Shown here: positions 41,061-54,341 of the stretch, in pieces
Layout: each line of letters opens with the position of its first letter
Position numbering within the stretch: position 1 is the first letter of the stretch
NCBI RefSeq assembly: GCF_006345805.1
Contig: NC_043006.1
Span: 22,320,001 to 22,384,000 of the forward strand
DNA: 64,000 nt
Direction of reading: 5' to 3'
From: Octopus sinensis
Lineage: Eukaryota
Translations under genes and position numbers: made by a program
The notes under the pieces: generated by a model
Told to the model about the DNA's origin: nothing
The model's input: the letters and a program-made list of their open reading frames with translations, nothing else
Database searches by the model: none

Positions 41061-41074
41061 GATTACTATTATTA

Positions 41075-41625
41075 TTGAGTAAGAGTGCAGTGCATGCCAT
41101 CAAAGTGACACTGGAGAAAAATATACGAAGCCCAGTATGCCCATCATGACTACCCGTCTGATAAGGGTACACTAGGCACATGCATCACAACCCTATGTGC
41201 GCGACATGGTGATCTCATATAAAGATAAACAGCGCATGACTTTGCAGGTGGGGTACAGCTAGAATTTTCTTCTGGTCGAGTAGCCCATCCCGCTCAAAAG
41301 GTCCCTGAATAAGGGTTGTTTAAGGATGTTGAATGAACCACCCATGTTTCTAAAGGTGAATTACCCAAACCTCCAAGAATTTCTTTCAACACTTGGCTAT
41401 GATGCTCCCCAACTACTTCTGCTCATGATCAGAGATGCACATATCGTCAGCCACTAAGGGACATGGTCAACTGATTAAGGTCAAATAACTGACAAGCAAA
41501 TCTGTGGTATTGAGCAGAATATTTGCTGTAGCCCATCTTTTATACCAAGACAAAACAGTGTACATGATAACACTTCCAATCAGTTAAGATCAGAAGCCAT
41601 GAGAGCCACTGTCTGGTACTGCACT
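41075..41625 (-). mobile_element. Unclassified ~550-bp repeat embedded in (TAA)n
   Basis: (TTA)n on both sides; a diverged inverted partial copy at 41910-42040. Confidence 0.6.
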
Positions 41626-41671
41626 ATTATTATTATTATCGTCATCATCGTCGTGGTCATCGTCATCGTCG

Positions 41672-41711
<40 letters not shown>

Positions 41712-42409
41712 AATTATTATTATTATTATTATTATTTTTGGTCTTTGATCTGTAAGTGTTATTTCCTATTTGTTTCTATCTAGAGATCAAAGGAAATGAC
41801 TACCATTCCCTTAAAAATTTGCTTTTGTGACGTGAGCATCAATGTTTTGAAACTGACCCATTTTCCATTACATTTCAGACAGATTCTGCACTGAGTTGCT
41901 GAAGCAGAAATATCGTTATAGCACATATTCTGCTCAGTACCACAGATTTGCATGTCAGTTGCTTGACATTAACCACTTGAGCATGTCCCTTAGTGATTGA
42001 CAAGATGTGTGTCTCTGATGATGAGCAGGAATAGCGAGGGTTCATCATAACTATGTATTGAGAGGGTTTCTTTGGGGTTTGAATAAATGTAACAAAAGCA
42101 AAATTTGAAGGAAATATTGGCCATTTTTTGTACTTTTTAGGGGTAAGCAAATAGGAAATAAAAGCTGCTACCCAGGGGCAACAATTGTGTTACACAGGGT
42201 AATCATCATTTTAACATCAACTTTTCCGTTCTTGCATAGGTCAGCTAAAATTTGAACCAATATTCACCGCTTTCTAGTTAAGGTGATATTTCACTTGATT
42301 CTTCGAATAACAAACAGCTCAATGGCTGGACATGTTCTCATGACATATTGATCTCAACTTTTTTATGGATGTTTTGAAGCAGTACATTAAACTGCATTAA
42401 GACAAGAGG

Positions 42410-42449
<40 letters not shown>

Positions 42450-42646
42450 CACACATGCACACATACACACACATACATACACACACACAGAGACAGACAC
42501 ACACACAGAGACAGACACACATACACACACATACATACACACACACATATGCACACACACACGCACAGTCACACACACACATGCACACACACACACATGC
42601 ACACACACATGCACATGCACACACACACATGCACACACACACACAT

Positions 42647-42678
<32 letters not shown>

Positions 42679-43545
42679 TGTGCACACCCTGACACACCAC
42701 ACACATGCACACACACACGTTCCCAGTTTTCCATGAAAAAGTATTACTTTGCCTGGAACCAAGTGAGGGTTGGCAACTTGAAAGACACTTAGCTATAAAA
42801 AAATCTGCTGCAAAGAATTCCATCCGACCCATGCAAGCATGGAAAAATGGATTGATGATGGTGATGATGATGCTGATGATGATGAGGATAATGAGAATAA
42901 TGATGATGATGATGTGTGTGTGTGTGTGTATCATCATCATTATCATCATCGTTTAACGTCTGACTTCCCTGCTGGCATGGATTGGATGGTTTGACAGGAG
43001 ATGACCTGCTGAAGGGCTGTTCAGGCTCCCCGTCTATTTGGGTTTCTGTGACTGGATGCCCTTCCTAACACCAACCACTTTACAGAGTGTACTGGGTGCT
43101 TTTGTACAGCACTAGTACAGGTGCTTTGTATGTGACACCAGCACCTAGGAGCCTGCAAGATAAAGGATGCTCAACTGAAGAAGGCTGCAGGGGGGGGGAG
43201 CCTGTATGCAAGGACAACCACACTTCAAGCACAGCAAACAGCCAGGAGTGTCAGTCCTCTGTCATCCCCTCTGTGAGTTCCAATGTCTGTAGATCTTTGC
43301 TCACTACCTTAACCTACATCTTCTTGAGTCTATCCCTTATATATATATATATACATACATGTTGCAGAGAAATTTAGAAATGATTAGTATTAAAATAAAA
43401 TTCTATGATATGGTGTGATGTATATCAGGATTTGATGAATTGCATGGGGACTTCTATCTTTAAATAACATATATTTCCTTATAGAGAATAATTCATTTTA
43501 TTTGAATCCCTGTGACACCAGAACTTATATTCCCTAATAAATAAA

Positions 43546-43576
<31 letters not shown>

Positions 43577-44500
43577 CGGAGATGTACTTGCATAGCGAGT
43601 GACTTGATCTGAGATTGTGTGCTGGAATGAAAACAATTGCAGCATAGAAAGTGTTTATAAGCCATTTAAGAAACACACACACACATATTTATGGCTCAGT
43701 GGTTAGGGCAGCGGACTCGCTGCTGTACTCTTTCGCCACAACTTTCTCTCACTCTTTCTTCTGTTGGCCTGCTCGCTTAGCCAGTGGGGTGGCGTCATTT
43801 GAAGGCTAAAGCAATGCGAAGCGCATTGTGACCAGCGATGTGTAGCAACATCTGATAACCTCGTCGGTCACGGTGATCACGGTGATATATATATATATAT
43901 ATATGTATATAATGTACTGTTCTGTTAATGGTGGAATCAACAAAACAAGTGCTCCAAAACACTCAGCCATGATGTGTATTTAGGCCTGAAATATTGCTTG
44001 GAAACACTTGGTGCACTATACAAGTTTGTCCAACCACCTTGTTTTGGCACCATGGAACTAATAGTAGCTTGATTTTATACCCAGGACTTATATTTCATAC
44101 CCAAATAGTCTATATGTTTTATGTTCCAATGGGCCAGGTCTGGTCTCTCTCATCTACCCTACAATGTCATGCTGAAAATAAACAATCATATCATTGAAAT
44201 CTTGAAGTTACGAGATAAGACATCATTAATTCAAAAGAATGTGAATAAATAAGCATTACTGAATGCTAAAGGATTAAATGATATATATATATATATATCA
44301 TCATCATCATCGTTTAACGTCCGCTTTCCATGCTAGCATAGGTTGGACGATTTGACTAAGGTCTGGCGAACCAGATGGCTGCACCAGACTCCAATCTGAT
44401 CTGGCAGAGTTTCTACAGCTGGATGCCCCTCCTAACGCTAACCACTCCAAGAGTGTAGTGGGTATTTTTATGTGCCACCGGCACGAGGGCCAGTCAGGCG

Positions 44501-45072
<572 letters not shown>

Positions 45073-45168
45073 CATATATATATATAAATTACATTTAAAC
45101 ACATAAGAGTTAATGGAAATTTCTAATATTCCAGATTACCATTTGATGTTATTAATATATATGTATGT

Positions 45169-45255
<87 letters not shown>

Positions 45256-45805
45256 AATGATAAATCTCAGAGCGAGTTATAAACAGTAGCAGCAACACAT
45301 CATGACGTATATTTGCCATTTGAATATGGCTAACTCCTAAGGGTGGATGCTACTGTAGTTTGTAGCCCCAGGAGGACACCTCCTCTAGCTACAAACTACA
45401 GTAGCATCCACCCTTAGGGGTTAGCCATATTCAAATGGCAAATATACGTCATGATGTGTTGCTGCTACTGTTTATAACTCGCTCTGAGATTTATCATTGT
45501 TTGATTTCACTTTTTCAATATCAGTGTTAATCGATACTGGAAAAAAGTATATGTATTTGTGAAGGGAACCAACTTCTCATCGACAACTATGATTGTCACA
45601 CGCCGATGACGGGTCAATACCCTGAAACTCGAGTTCGTGTGTATCATAAGTTGAAGAGGGGAGGGATGGCTTCCCTTTGCAAATACTGATAGGGCACAGA
45701 AAGTGTGTCTATAGCCAGTTGGAGGAGGTGTCCTCCTGGGGCTACAAACTACAGTAGCATCCACCCTTAGGGGTTAGCCATATTCAAATGGCTAATATAC
45801 GTCAT
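45256..45805 (+). mobile_element. Retrozyme/Penelope pLTR-like element: 353-bp monomer, partial tandem copy and inverted 5' segment
   Basis: gctacaaactacagtag recurs at 45388 and 45741; 45256-45366 is the reverse complement of 45388-45498. Confidence 0.75.
45597..45641 (+). ncRNA. Minimal type-I hammerhead ribozyme motif (U4C variant)
   Basis: cacacg-CCGATGA-c-ggg-tcaata-ccc-t-GAAA-ctcgaG-TT-cgtgtg; stem I 6 bp, palindromic stem III ACUCGAGU. Confidence 0.65.
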
Positions 45806-45823
<18 letters not shown>

Positions 45824-45836
<13 letters not shown>

Positions 45837-46169
45837 TTAGAGACAAAACCACTATTTTGTAAATCAAACAAGGAAAGACTTAATCAATACATAAAAAATT
45901 TTAATATAAAGTAAATAAATCGCCACTACAATTGTTTCCTGTCTTCAAATGACATTCATCAGGTGGATTTCATATCTTCCATTCAATTTAAAGTTATAAC
46001 TTTAAATTGGATGGAAGATATGAAATCCACCTGATGAATGTCATTTGAAGACAGGAAACAATTGTAGTGGCGATTTATTTACTTTATATTAAAATTTTTT
46101 ATGTATTGATTAAGTCTTTCCTTGTTTGATTTACAAAATAGTGGTTTTGTCTCTAATTAATATTATATA
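45824..46169. mobile_element. Near-perfect 346-bp palindrome (head-to-head Penelope-like ends)
   Basis: Axis between 45996 and 45997 (gttataac), no loop; only one mismatch found by eye. Confidence 0.9.
46023..46076 (+). ncRNA. Minimal type-I hammerhead ribozyme motif (mirror copy on minus strand at 45970-45917)
   Basis: aaatc-cac-CTGATGA-a-tgtc-atttgaa-gaca-g-GAAA-caattG-TA-gtgg-c-gattt; palindromic CAAUUG stem III, GUA cleavage triplet. Confidence 0.75.
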
Positions 46170-46246
46170 ATATTTTACTATAAAATTGGATTCAATCCTA
46201 AATCTGATTTTTCCCTGTAAATTTGGATTTATTCCCTAATATTTAT

Positions 46247-46278
<32 letters not shown>

Positions 46279-46856
46279 TATTACTGGTGAAGGTTGGTCT
46301 ATAGGGTTACCCTGAGCATTTTAAATAGGCCATAGGCCAATAGGTCTTAGGGTCTGAAGATACACCATAAAGGCAAGAAATCCAGGGTAACTCTATCAAC
46401 TGACCTTCACTATTAATAAATATTGACTGCTCTACTTCTTAGAATGTGCTTCTTCTCTAGATTTATGTTTTTCTGAAAAAAACGATATGTATATTTGTGT
46501 GTGTGTGTATGTGTATGTGTGTGTTTGTGTGTGTGTGTGTGTGTATTTATCTTTGTCTTTAAAAATATATATAGATATAAAGATAAATATATATGTATGT
46601 ATATATATTTATCTCTATTCCTCTCTCTCTGAAAATATACAGAGATATATGTGTATATGTATATACATACACACACACACACACACACATGCGCGTGCAC
46701 ACACACACACACACACGATAGGCTTCATTCAGTTTCTGTCTATCAAATCTACTCACAAAGCTCTGGTCAGCCCAAGGCTATAGTAAAAGATGCTTGCCCA
46801 AGGTGCCATGCAGTGGGATTGAACTCAGGACCATGTGGTTGGGAAACAAACGCCTC

Positions 46857-46899
<43 letters not shown>

Positions 46900-46931
46900 A
46901 TTATATATATATATATATGTATGTATGTATG

Positions 46932-46975
<44 letters not shown>

Positions 46976-47276
46976 TACATATACAGGCACACATGCACAC
47001 ACATAGGCACACACACATATATGTATGCATATATATAGATTTATATTTATCTACACACATATATACATAGACACATGAAGCTTTTGACAGTTTTCATAAG
47101 CCACAATACACACATAGAAGCAAACCCAAGAATCTGTCTTTCTTCTGAACCCCATCGCCATATTTGTACCTATAATGTTATGTTATTTAAAAAAAAAAGT
47201 TCAGTTGGTTTTTAGCAAAATGGCTAAATTTAATAAGAAAGAGGAGAGAGAGAAAGACAGAGTGCAGAAGACAAAC

Positions 47277-47425
47277 CTTTAGGAAGTACTTCCACATTTC
47301 TTTTGCTGATCCCTTTTTCCTGTAAGATGGTGTTATATACACGTAGCGGAGATTCAGAATTGGTCCAGTCTCAGTAGAGAATGCATGAGAATAGAGGAGA
47401 AATCCAGTTAGATGTAATGGACCAT
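47277..47425 (-). CDS. Internal coding exon of the SAT1/SAT2-like GNAT acetyltransferase gene (acetyl-CoA motif A)
   Basis: Acceptor attgttttttctttacag, donor AAG|gtttgt; phase 1 to 0; (D)GPLHLTGFLLYSHAFSTETGPILNLRYVYITPSYRKKGSAKEMWKYFLK carries the YRxxGxA motif; splices in frame to 11756. Confidence 0.85.
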
Positions 47426-47699
47426 CTGTAAAGAAAAAACAATATGAAGAAGAATTTTAAATGAATTGAAGGTTGAAATATAAGTGGTAAAATTTGCATT
47501 TATTAAAAACCAACACAACACCTGTATCTTTTGGAAGCATTGTTTCATGCTCAGAATTTCTGAAGGATGGAATAAACCACCCACATCCCTTGTTATCTGT
47601 AGTGACACTACATCCTTCAAAACTTCCATGCTTCCTGAAATTTGACAACAGTACACCTGATGCCCTGCCCCCACTCCGGTTTTTTTAAAATACTTATTC

Positions 47700-48310
47700 A
47701 CTGGTCACTTCCTGTGCATATTTTCTGTACTGTTCAAGCAGTTTTGGTTCCTTTTTCAGGTGAGTTGTAGAGCACCTGAGCACTGTATACAATAAAGAAT
47801 ACTCTTCATCAGGCATTTGCCATATTCTGAATGCCTTACTTCCCTGGGCATTGACACATTGAAACTCCGACGTCTGGCAGCTGACTTGGCAGACACCCAT
47901 AAAATTATTAACCATCTTACAAACAATAACTCTGAGCACCTTTTCAAACTCCACCCGTCTAACACCCGTGGACATATTTACAAAGTCAGAAAACAGCACA
48001 GCTCCCATGACTTTAGGAAACATTTTTTTCATGCTGAGAGTTGCTGAAGCATGGAACAAACTGCCGGCATCAGTTGTTAGTTGTCGGAGCACTGCATCCT
48101 TCAAAACTTCCATGCTTTCTGAGATTCGCCAACACTACACCTGATTTTCTCCCCTCCAAACACACACAAGCATGTAACTGACTCATACATTGTTCGCTTT
48201 CCAGACATTTGTACATTACTGCATATACTTTATACGCACTTTCTGACAAGTTGTGATGCACCTGAGCACTGTATACAATAATTTCATTATTACTATTATT
48301 ATTATTATAA
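47700..48310 (+). mobile_element. CR1-type LINE 3' end with 3'UTR and (ATT)n tail
   Basis: YSECLTSLGIDTLKLRRLAADL...TRGH..K...FRKHFF, WNKLP; a more diverged copy at 47530-47690. Confidence 0.88.
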
Positions 48311-51030
48311 GTTCATTATTATTTTTATAAATTTTTGTATCAAATGTTTGTGGATATATTTTTTTATATGGGCCATCAGCAATTTCTTTAAGTACTAGAA
48401 TGTTTTTCATCCTCTGTTATATTTAAAGCTAAATGCTATTTGCTAATAGTAACTATTTACCTGTGAAGTAGGAAGAAAGCCTGCTTTTTGGTTGGTGTGC
48501 TCAAGCAAACTGGAGTAAACAGAGTTATGTACCTTGCTCAGGGAAGTAAAAGAATGACTGCAGAAAAACATTTTGAACTTCCAGTGAATATAAATATATG
48601 TGTGTGGATACATATACGTACATATATATACCTATTTCTTTACTACCGACAAGGGGCTAAACACAGAGGGGACAAACAAGGACAGACAAACGGATTAAGT
48701 CGTTTCCATCGACCCCAGTGCGTAACTGGTACTTAATTTATCGACCCCGAAAGGATGAAAGGCAAAGTCGACCTCGGCGGAATTTGAACTCTGAACGTAA
48801 CGGCAGATGAAATACCTATTTCTTTACTACCCACAAGGGGCTAAACACAGAGGGGACAAACAAGGACAGGCAAACGGATTAAGTCGATTCCATCGACCCC
48901 AGTGCGTAACTGGTACTTATTTAATCGACCCCGAAAGGATGAAAGGCAAAGTCGACCTCAGCGGAATTTGAACTCTGAACGTAACGGCAGACGAAATGCG
49001 GCTACACATGTCGTCCGGCATGCTAACGTTTCTACCAGCTCTCCGCCTTACATATATACCATCATCATCCTCATCCTCATTTAACGTCCGTTGTCCATGC
49101 TTGCATGGGTTAGAAGGTTGGTAAACTGAGGGGCTGTACCAGACTCTAGTTTGATTTAGCATGCTTTCTATGGCTGGCTACCTTTCCTAATGCCAACCAC
49201 TCCAAGAGTCTAATGGGCGCTTTTACATGCCAGCAACATCGGTGCCAGTTTCATGACACCAGCATATGCATGGTTCTGGGTTCAGTCCCACTGCAATGCA
49301 CCTTGGACAAGTGTCTTCTACTATAGCCTCGAGCTGACCAAAGCCTTGTGAGTAGATTTGGTAGTTGGAAAATGAAAGAAGCCCGTCGTATATATGTATA
49401 TGCATATATATATGTGTGTGTGTTTGTGTGTCTGTGTCCCCCACCAACATTGCTTGACAACTGATGCTGGTGTGATTACGTCCCTGTAACTTAGCGGTTC
49501 GGCAAAAGAGACCGATAGAATAAGTACTAGGCTTACAAAGAATAAGTCCTGGGGGTGGTGCTCCAGCATAGCTGCAGTCAAATGACTGAGACAAGTAAAA
49601 GAGTAAAAGAGTAAAGAGTAAGTGTAATAAAATTTAATAAACTCAATGCATGAAGTGTCACTGTTGTACTCAAGGCCTAATGTAGAGCCCACCACAGGAA
49701 CTAGCTTAAAAGTCACCCAATAGGGTGGCCTTTAAAGTATATATATATATATATATATGTATATATAGGCGCAGGGGTGGCTGTGTGGTAAGTAGCTTCC
49801 TAACCAACCACATGGTTCCGGGTTCAGTCCCACTGTGTGGCATCTTGGGCAAGTGTCTTCTGCTATAGCCCTGGGCCGACCAATGCCTTGTGAGTGGATT
49901 TGGTAGACGGAAACTGAAAGAAGCCCGCCGTATATATATATATATATGTATGTATGTGTGTATTTGTGTGTCTGTGTTTGTCCCCCTAGCATTGCTTGAC
50001 AACCGATGCTGGTGTATTTATGTCCCCGTCACTTAGCGGTTCGGTAAAAAGAGACCGATAGAATAAGTCCCGGGTCGACTTGCTCGACTAAAGGCGGTGC
50101 TCCAGCATGGCTGCAGTCAAATGACTGAAACAAATAAAAGAAAAAAGAGAGAAAGATATATATATATATATATATATATATATCATCATCATCATCGTTT
50201 AACGTCCGTTTTCCATGCTAGCATGGATTGGATGGTTCAACTGGGGATCTGGGAAGCCAGAAGGCTGCACCAAGCTCCAGTCTGATCTGCCCTTCCTAAC
50301 GCCAACCACTCCATGAGTGTAGTGGGTGCATTTTACGTGCCACCGGCACAGAAGCCAGTCAAGACGGCACTGGCATCAGCCACGTTCGGATGGTGCTTTT
50401 TATGTGCCACCAGCACAGGTATCGTAACTACAATTTCCATTTGATATTTATTTTGATATTGATGTACTTGACTTAATAGGTCTCCTCAAGCACAGCAGGT
50501 CATCCTACGATCCAAGGACACCCTACGATCCAATAATTATATATATATATATATATATACTCATTTACTTGTTTCAGTCATTTGACTGTGGCCATGCTGG
50601 AGCACCGCCTTTAGTCGAGCACATCGACCCCAGGACTTATTCTTTGTAAGCCCAGTACTTATTCTATCGGTCTCTTTTGCTGAACCGCTAAGTTACAGGG
50701 ACGTAAACACAACAGCATCAGTTGTCAAACGATGTTGGGGGGCGGGGGACAAACACAACACACAAACATACACATATATATATACATATATACGACGGGC
50801 TTCTTTCAGTTTCCGTTTACCAAATCCACTCACAAGGCTTTGGTCGGCCCACGGCTATAGTAGAAGAGGTGCCACGCAGTGGGACTGAACCCGGAACCAT
50901 GTGGTTCGTAAGCAAGCTACTTACCACACAGCCACTCCTACGCATATATATATATATCTTTTATACTTTATCTTTTATCTTTTACTGGTTTCAGCCCAGG
51001 GCTGAGGTCATGCTGATGCACAATCTGTAG

Positions 51031-51945
51031 TTACCCACTGTTTTTGGTGAAGTAGCGAGTTGGACAGAGCTGCTTATCTTTGCGTCTCCTGCTGCAATGT
51101 GGGTTCATCTGGTATCTTTGATAGAAATCTGTCCAGACGTTCTTGAAAACTTCCACATCAACACCATGTAGATCTCTAAGGTTGCCTGGAAGGATATTGA
51201 ACAATTGCAGGCCCTTGAAACCCAGACAATTGCAGTACTGTGTCCTTATTTTAGATGGGGAAGACAGGATCTTTGATATGATGCAGTGCCAAGGATTGGT
51301 ATAGCTGTCAATTCCAAAATTAGGTGCTAAACCCTCCAAAGTCTTCCAAATATATATCATTGTATACCTTTCTCATCTTCTCTCCAGGAAATAGAGACTC
51401 AGCTCCTTTAGCCTCTCCCAGTAACCCATCTTTTGCATCAAGTCAGTCTTCTTTGTGTATTGGTGCTGGATCGCTTCAAGTTCCACAGTTTGTTTCACAC
51501 TCTTTGGGGACCAAAGTTGGGCTCTGTAGTCCAAGCAGCTGAGAATGAAAGTCTTCCATAGGGGTATCAGGGCTTCCCGTTTCCTGGTTCTGAATGTCCT
51601 CAGAATCCAGCCAACCACTCGCCTACACAGTGTTGCCATCTTGGTAATATGCACATAGAATGTTGCATCATTGCTCACGTGAACCCCCAGGTCATATTAC
51701 CTTCTGGTCCAGTGTATTCCAATTTTAGCCTGGTGTTGGACCGATAGTGGAGTGCCTGAAATTTCATAGCAATGAACTGCACGTTATTTTTGTTAGCCCA
51801 TTCGTAGATTTCGTTCAGGCCCTTCTGCAGTTCTATGATATCCTCTGGGTTCCTAACTTCCTGTGATAGTTTTGTGTTGTCAGCATAGCTGGTCAGATTC
51901 GCTGACATGGAGGGCATGTCTGAGAGGGCCACCACAAACAGTAGT
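51031..51945 (-). pseudogene. CR1/L2-type LINE ORF2 3' region (RT YADD-like motif to C-terminus), frameshifted
   Basis: LTSYADNTKL, LQKGLNEIYEWA..NNVQF...KFQ, GWILRTFRTR, LDY..QLWSP, YWERLKELSLY.LERR, YIWK.LEG, LFN.LP. Confidence 0.9.
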
Positions 51946-52298
51946 TGGCTGGATTCTGAGGACATACAGAACTAGGAAAAAGAAAGCCCTGCTACTTCCA
52001 TGGAAGACTTCCGTTCTCATGCTCCGCAACCTGTATGCTGCAGCATACAAGTGTGCCACGAGATGATGCTAGGTGTGCTGCAATGTAACCTGAATATAAT
52101 TTTTTCCCCCCTATACTTTTAGTTATATATTTTTCATTCAGGTGTGCTGCCAAATTTTGAAAAGAATAGAAGTGTACCGCAAGTGAAAAAAGGTTGTTGA
52201 GTGCTGCACTATATTGATAATAATAATAATAATAGTGATAATAATAATAATAATAATAATAATAATATAATAATAATAATAATAATATAATAATAATA

Positions 52299-52334
<36 letters not shown>

Positions 52335-52336
52335 TA

Positions 52337-52402
<66 letters not shown>

Positions 52403-52865
52403 ATAAATTTCGTGTCACAGGCCACTCTGAGTTATTTCTTTAAGCTCATTTTATATCAATTTTGTAAAAAAACTGGGTTTTTTTAAAACCCTTAATGGCA
52501 TATCAATTATTGAGAATCATAGATTTCTTGAGATGATTTTCCCCTTTTTATTCGGAGTTAGTTACAATTGTTTACCTTGTCTTGAAGTGAAGATATTTTA
52601 AATGGATCTATATTTTTACTTACTCACTTGTTTGTCTCTAGCTATGGTTAAGTAGACTTCATCCAGCAATGTCACAGCCAGTGCCAGCCTGAGAGTGATA
52701 GTTATCTCTTCTTTCAGGAGTACTAGAAACAACACCAGCATGTGAATGATAGCAGTCTTTACTCTTGGGAGCACTAGAGACAGCATCAAGGTGAGAAAGA
52801 GCTATCTCTACTCTCAAGAATACTAGAGACAATACTATTATTTTTTTTTTGTGACCCCCTTCGGT

Positions 52866-53192
52866 CAGACACTGACCATGGGTTTGCACCTAGAGAGTTA
52901 CCCTCTGAGGCACAAGTCTGGGCAAGGTTGTTTTTATGGAAGACCAGCAGTCGCCCATGCATACCGGCCTACCCTCTCCACGTCACCGATGTTGTCCAAG
53001 GGAAAGGCAAAGGGGCCGATACAGCTTGGCACCTGTGACGTCGCAACTCATTTCTACAGCTGAGTGAACTGGAGCAACGTGAAATAAAGTGTCTTGCTCA
53101 AGAACACAACATGCAGCCCGGTCCGGGATTCGAGCTCACAACCTCACGATCGTAAGCTCGACGCTCTAACCACTGAGCCACGCGCCTTCTCA
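52866..53192 (-). mobile_element. SINE family C, young copy
   Basis: Head gaaggcgcgtggctcagtggttagagcgtcgagcttacgatcgtgaggttgtgagctcgaatcccgg. Confidence 0.9.
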
Positions 53193-53622
53193 ATACTATT
53201 ATAAGTCATACTATTATAAGTCATTCATAAAAGTGAAAGTAAAAGTAGAAAAAAACTATTAATGTTGTGTGAATATTGGGTAACACTAGCTCAATGATAT
53301 CTAAGTTATTTTACTAAATTCTTTCTTATATTCAAAATTAATTGAAAGAAACACAGAGCATCTCAAAAGAAATATGGTAACTAATAGGTTAAATGATATA
53401 GTAATAATGATTTCAAGTTTTGGCACAAGGCCAGCAAGTTTGGGGTAGGTGTGAGATGATAACATCGACCCCAGTGTTCAGCTGGTACTTAATTTTATTG
53501 ACCCTAAAAGGATGAAAAGTAAAGGCAGAATTTGAACTCAGAATGTACAGATAGACTAAATGCTTCTAAGCATTTTGTCTGGCGTGCTAATGATTCTACC
53601 AGGTTGCCACCTCAAACAAAGA

Positions 53623-54036
53623 AATGACTAGAAAAGCACTTGGAGATTGCGGACCTCCACCAAGCAGCTCATTTTAAGAGAGATACGCAAGTAAAATTAC
53701 TAATAGAGAAACAAAAATAAACTTTGGAAACAACAACGCCATCATAGGTTATTTGGAAACGATGATCGTGTTTTCAAGGGAGATAATCAAAGAATGTAAC
53801 ATTGTAATACTTCATGTGAAGTAAATATAACAAATGAAAAATCCTTCAAGAATCCATAAAACTTCCCAGATCACTACCAAAATTTCATCATCTGTTCCTT
53901 GTGCCATTACCAACTTTTTCTGCAAGTTTCATTAAATACTTTTTTACAACTTTTTGAGTTATTTTGCACACAAACGGACAGACGGACGAACCAATGCCAA
54001 TGTAAAGATAACTTCCTTCCTTGGCAGAGGTAATAA
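53623..54036 (-). mobile_element. Helentron-associated non-autonomous element (HINE/DINE-1-like)
   Basis: Minus strand begins ttattacctctgccaagg..gttat; 3' end ttggtggaggtccgcaatctccaagtgcttttCTAGT (sub-TIR, hairpin, CTAG). Confidence 0.7.
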
Positions 54037-54286
54037 TAAATGAAAGAAGCAGCTCATTCTTCCCACAATACTTGCCTTGCCCCAGACATTGGCAACCCAC
54101 ACTATGCTACCTGAGAGTACTAGCTGTCTGTACTCCAGTGAGTACTGGGAACATTACCAATACTAAAGTTCAAAAGACTTAAAGATTTTGGTATTGAAAC
54201 ATCAACCATATTTTCAATTGCATTTATACAAATGAATACATCTGCATTCAGTCAGTCACATTGCCAAGTGTAAGTGCATGTGATGC

Positions 54287-54289
<3 letters not shown>

Positions 54290-54341
<52 letters not shown>

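Noticed and set aside
41879-41953. Plus-strand exon candidate with good AG/GT sites
   Set aside because: The sequence is an inverted diverged copy of the 41075-41625 repeat.
46345-46395. Hammerhead motif ctgaaga...gaaa...gta in the small hairpin
   Set aside because: Stem II and stem III pair poorly; could be chance.
52690-52830. Three diverged ~51-bp repeats with an open frame
   Set aside because: No homology or start context; probably an old minisatellite.
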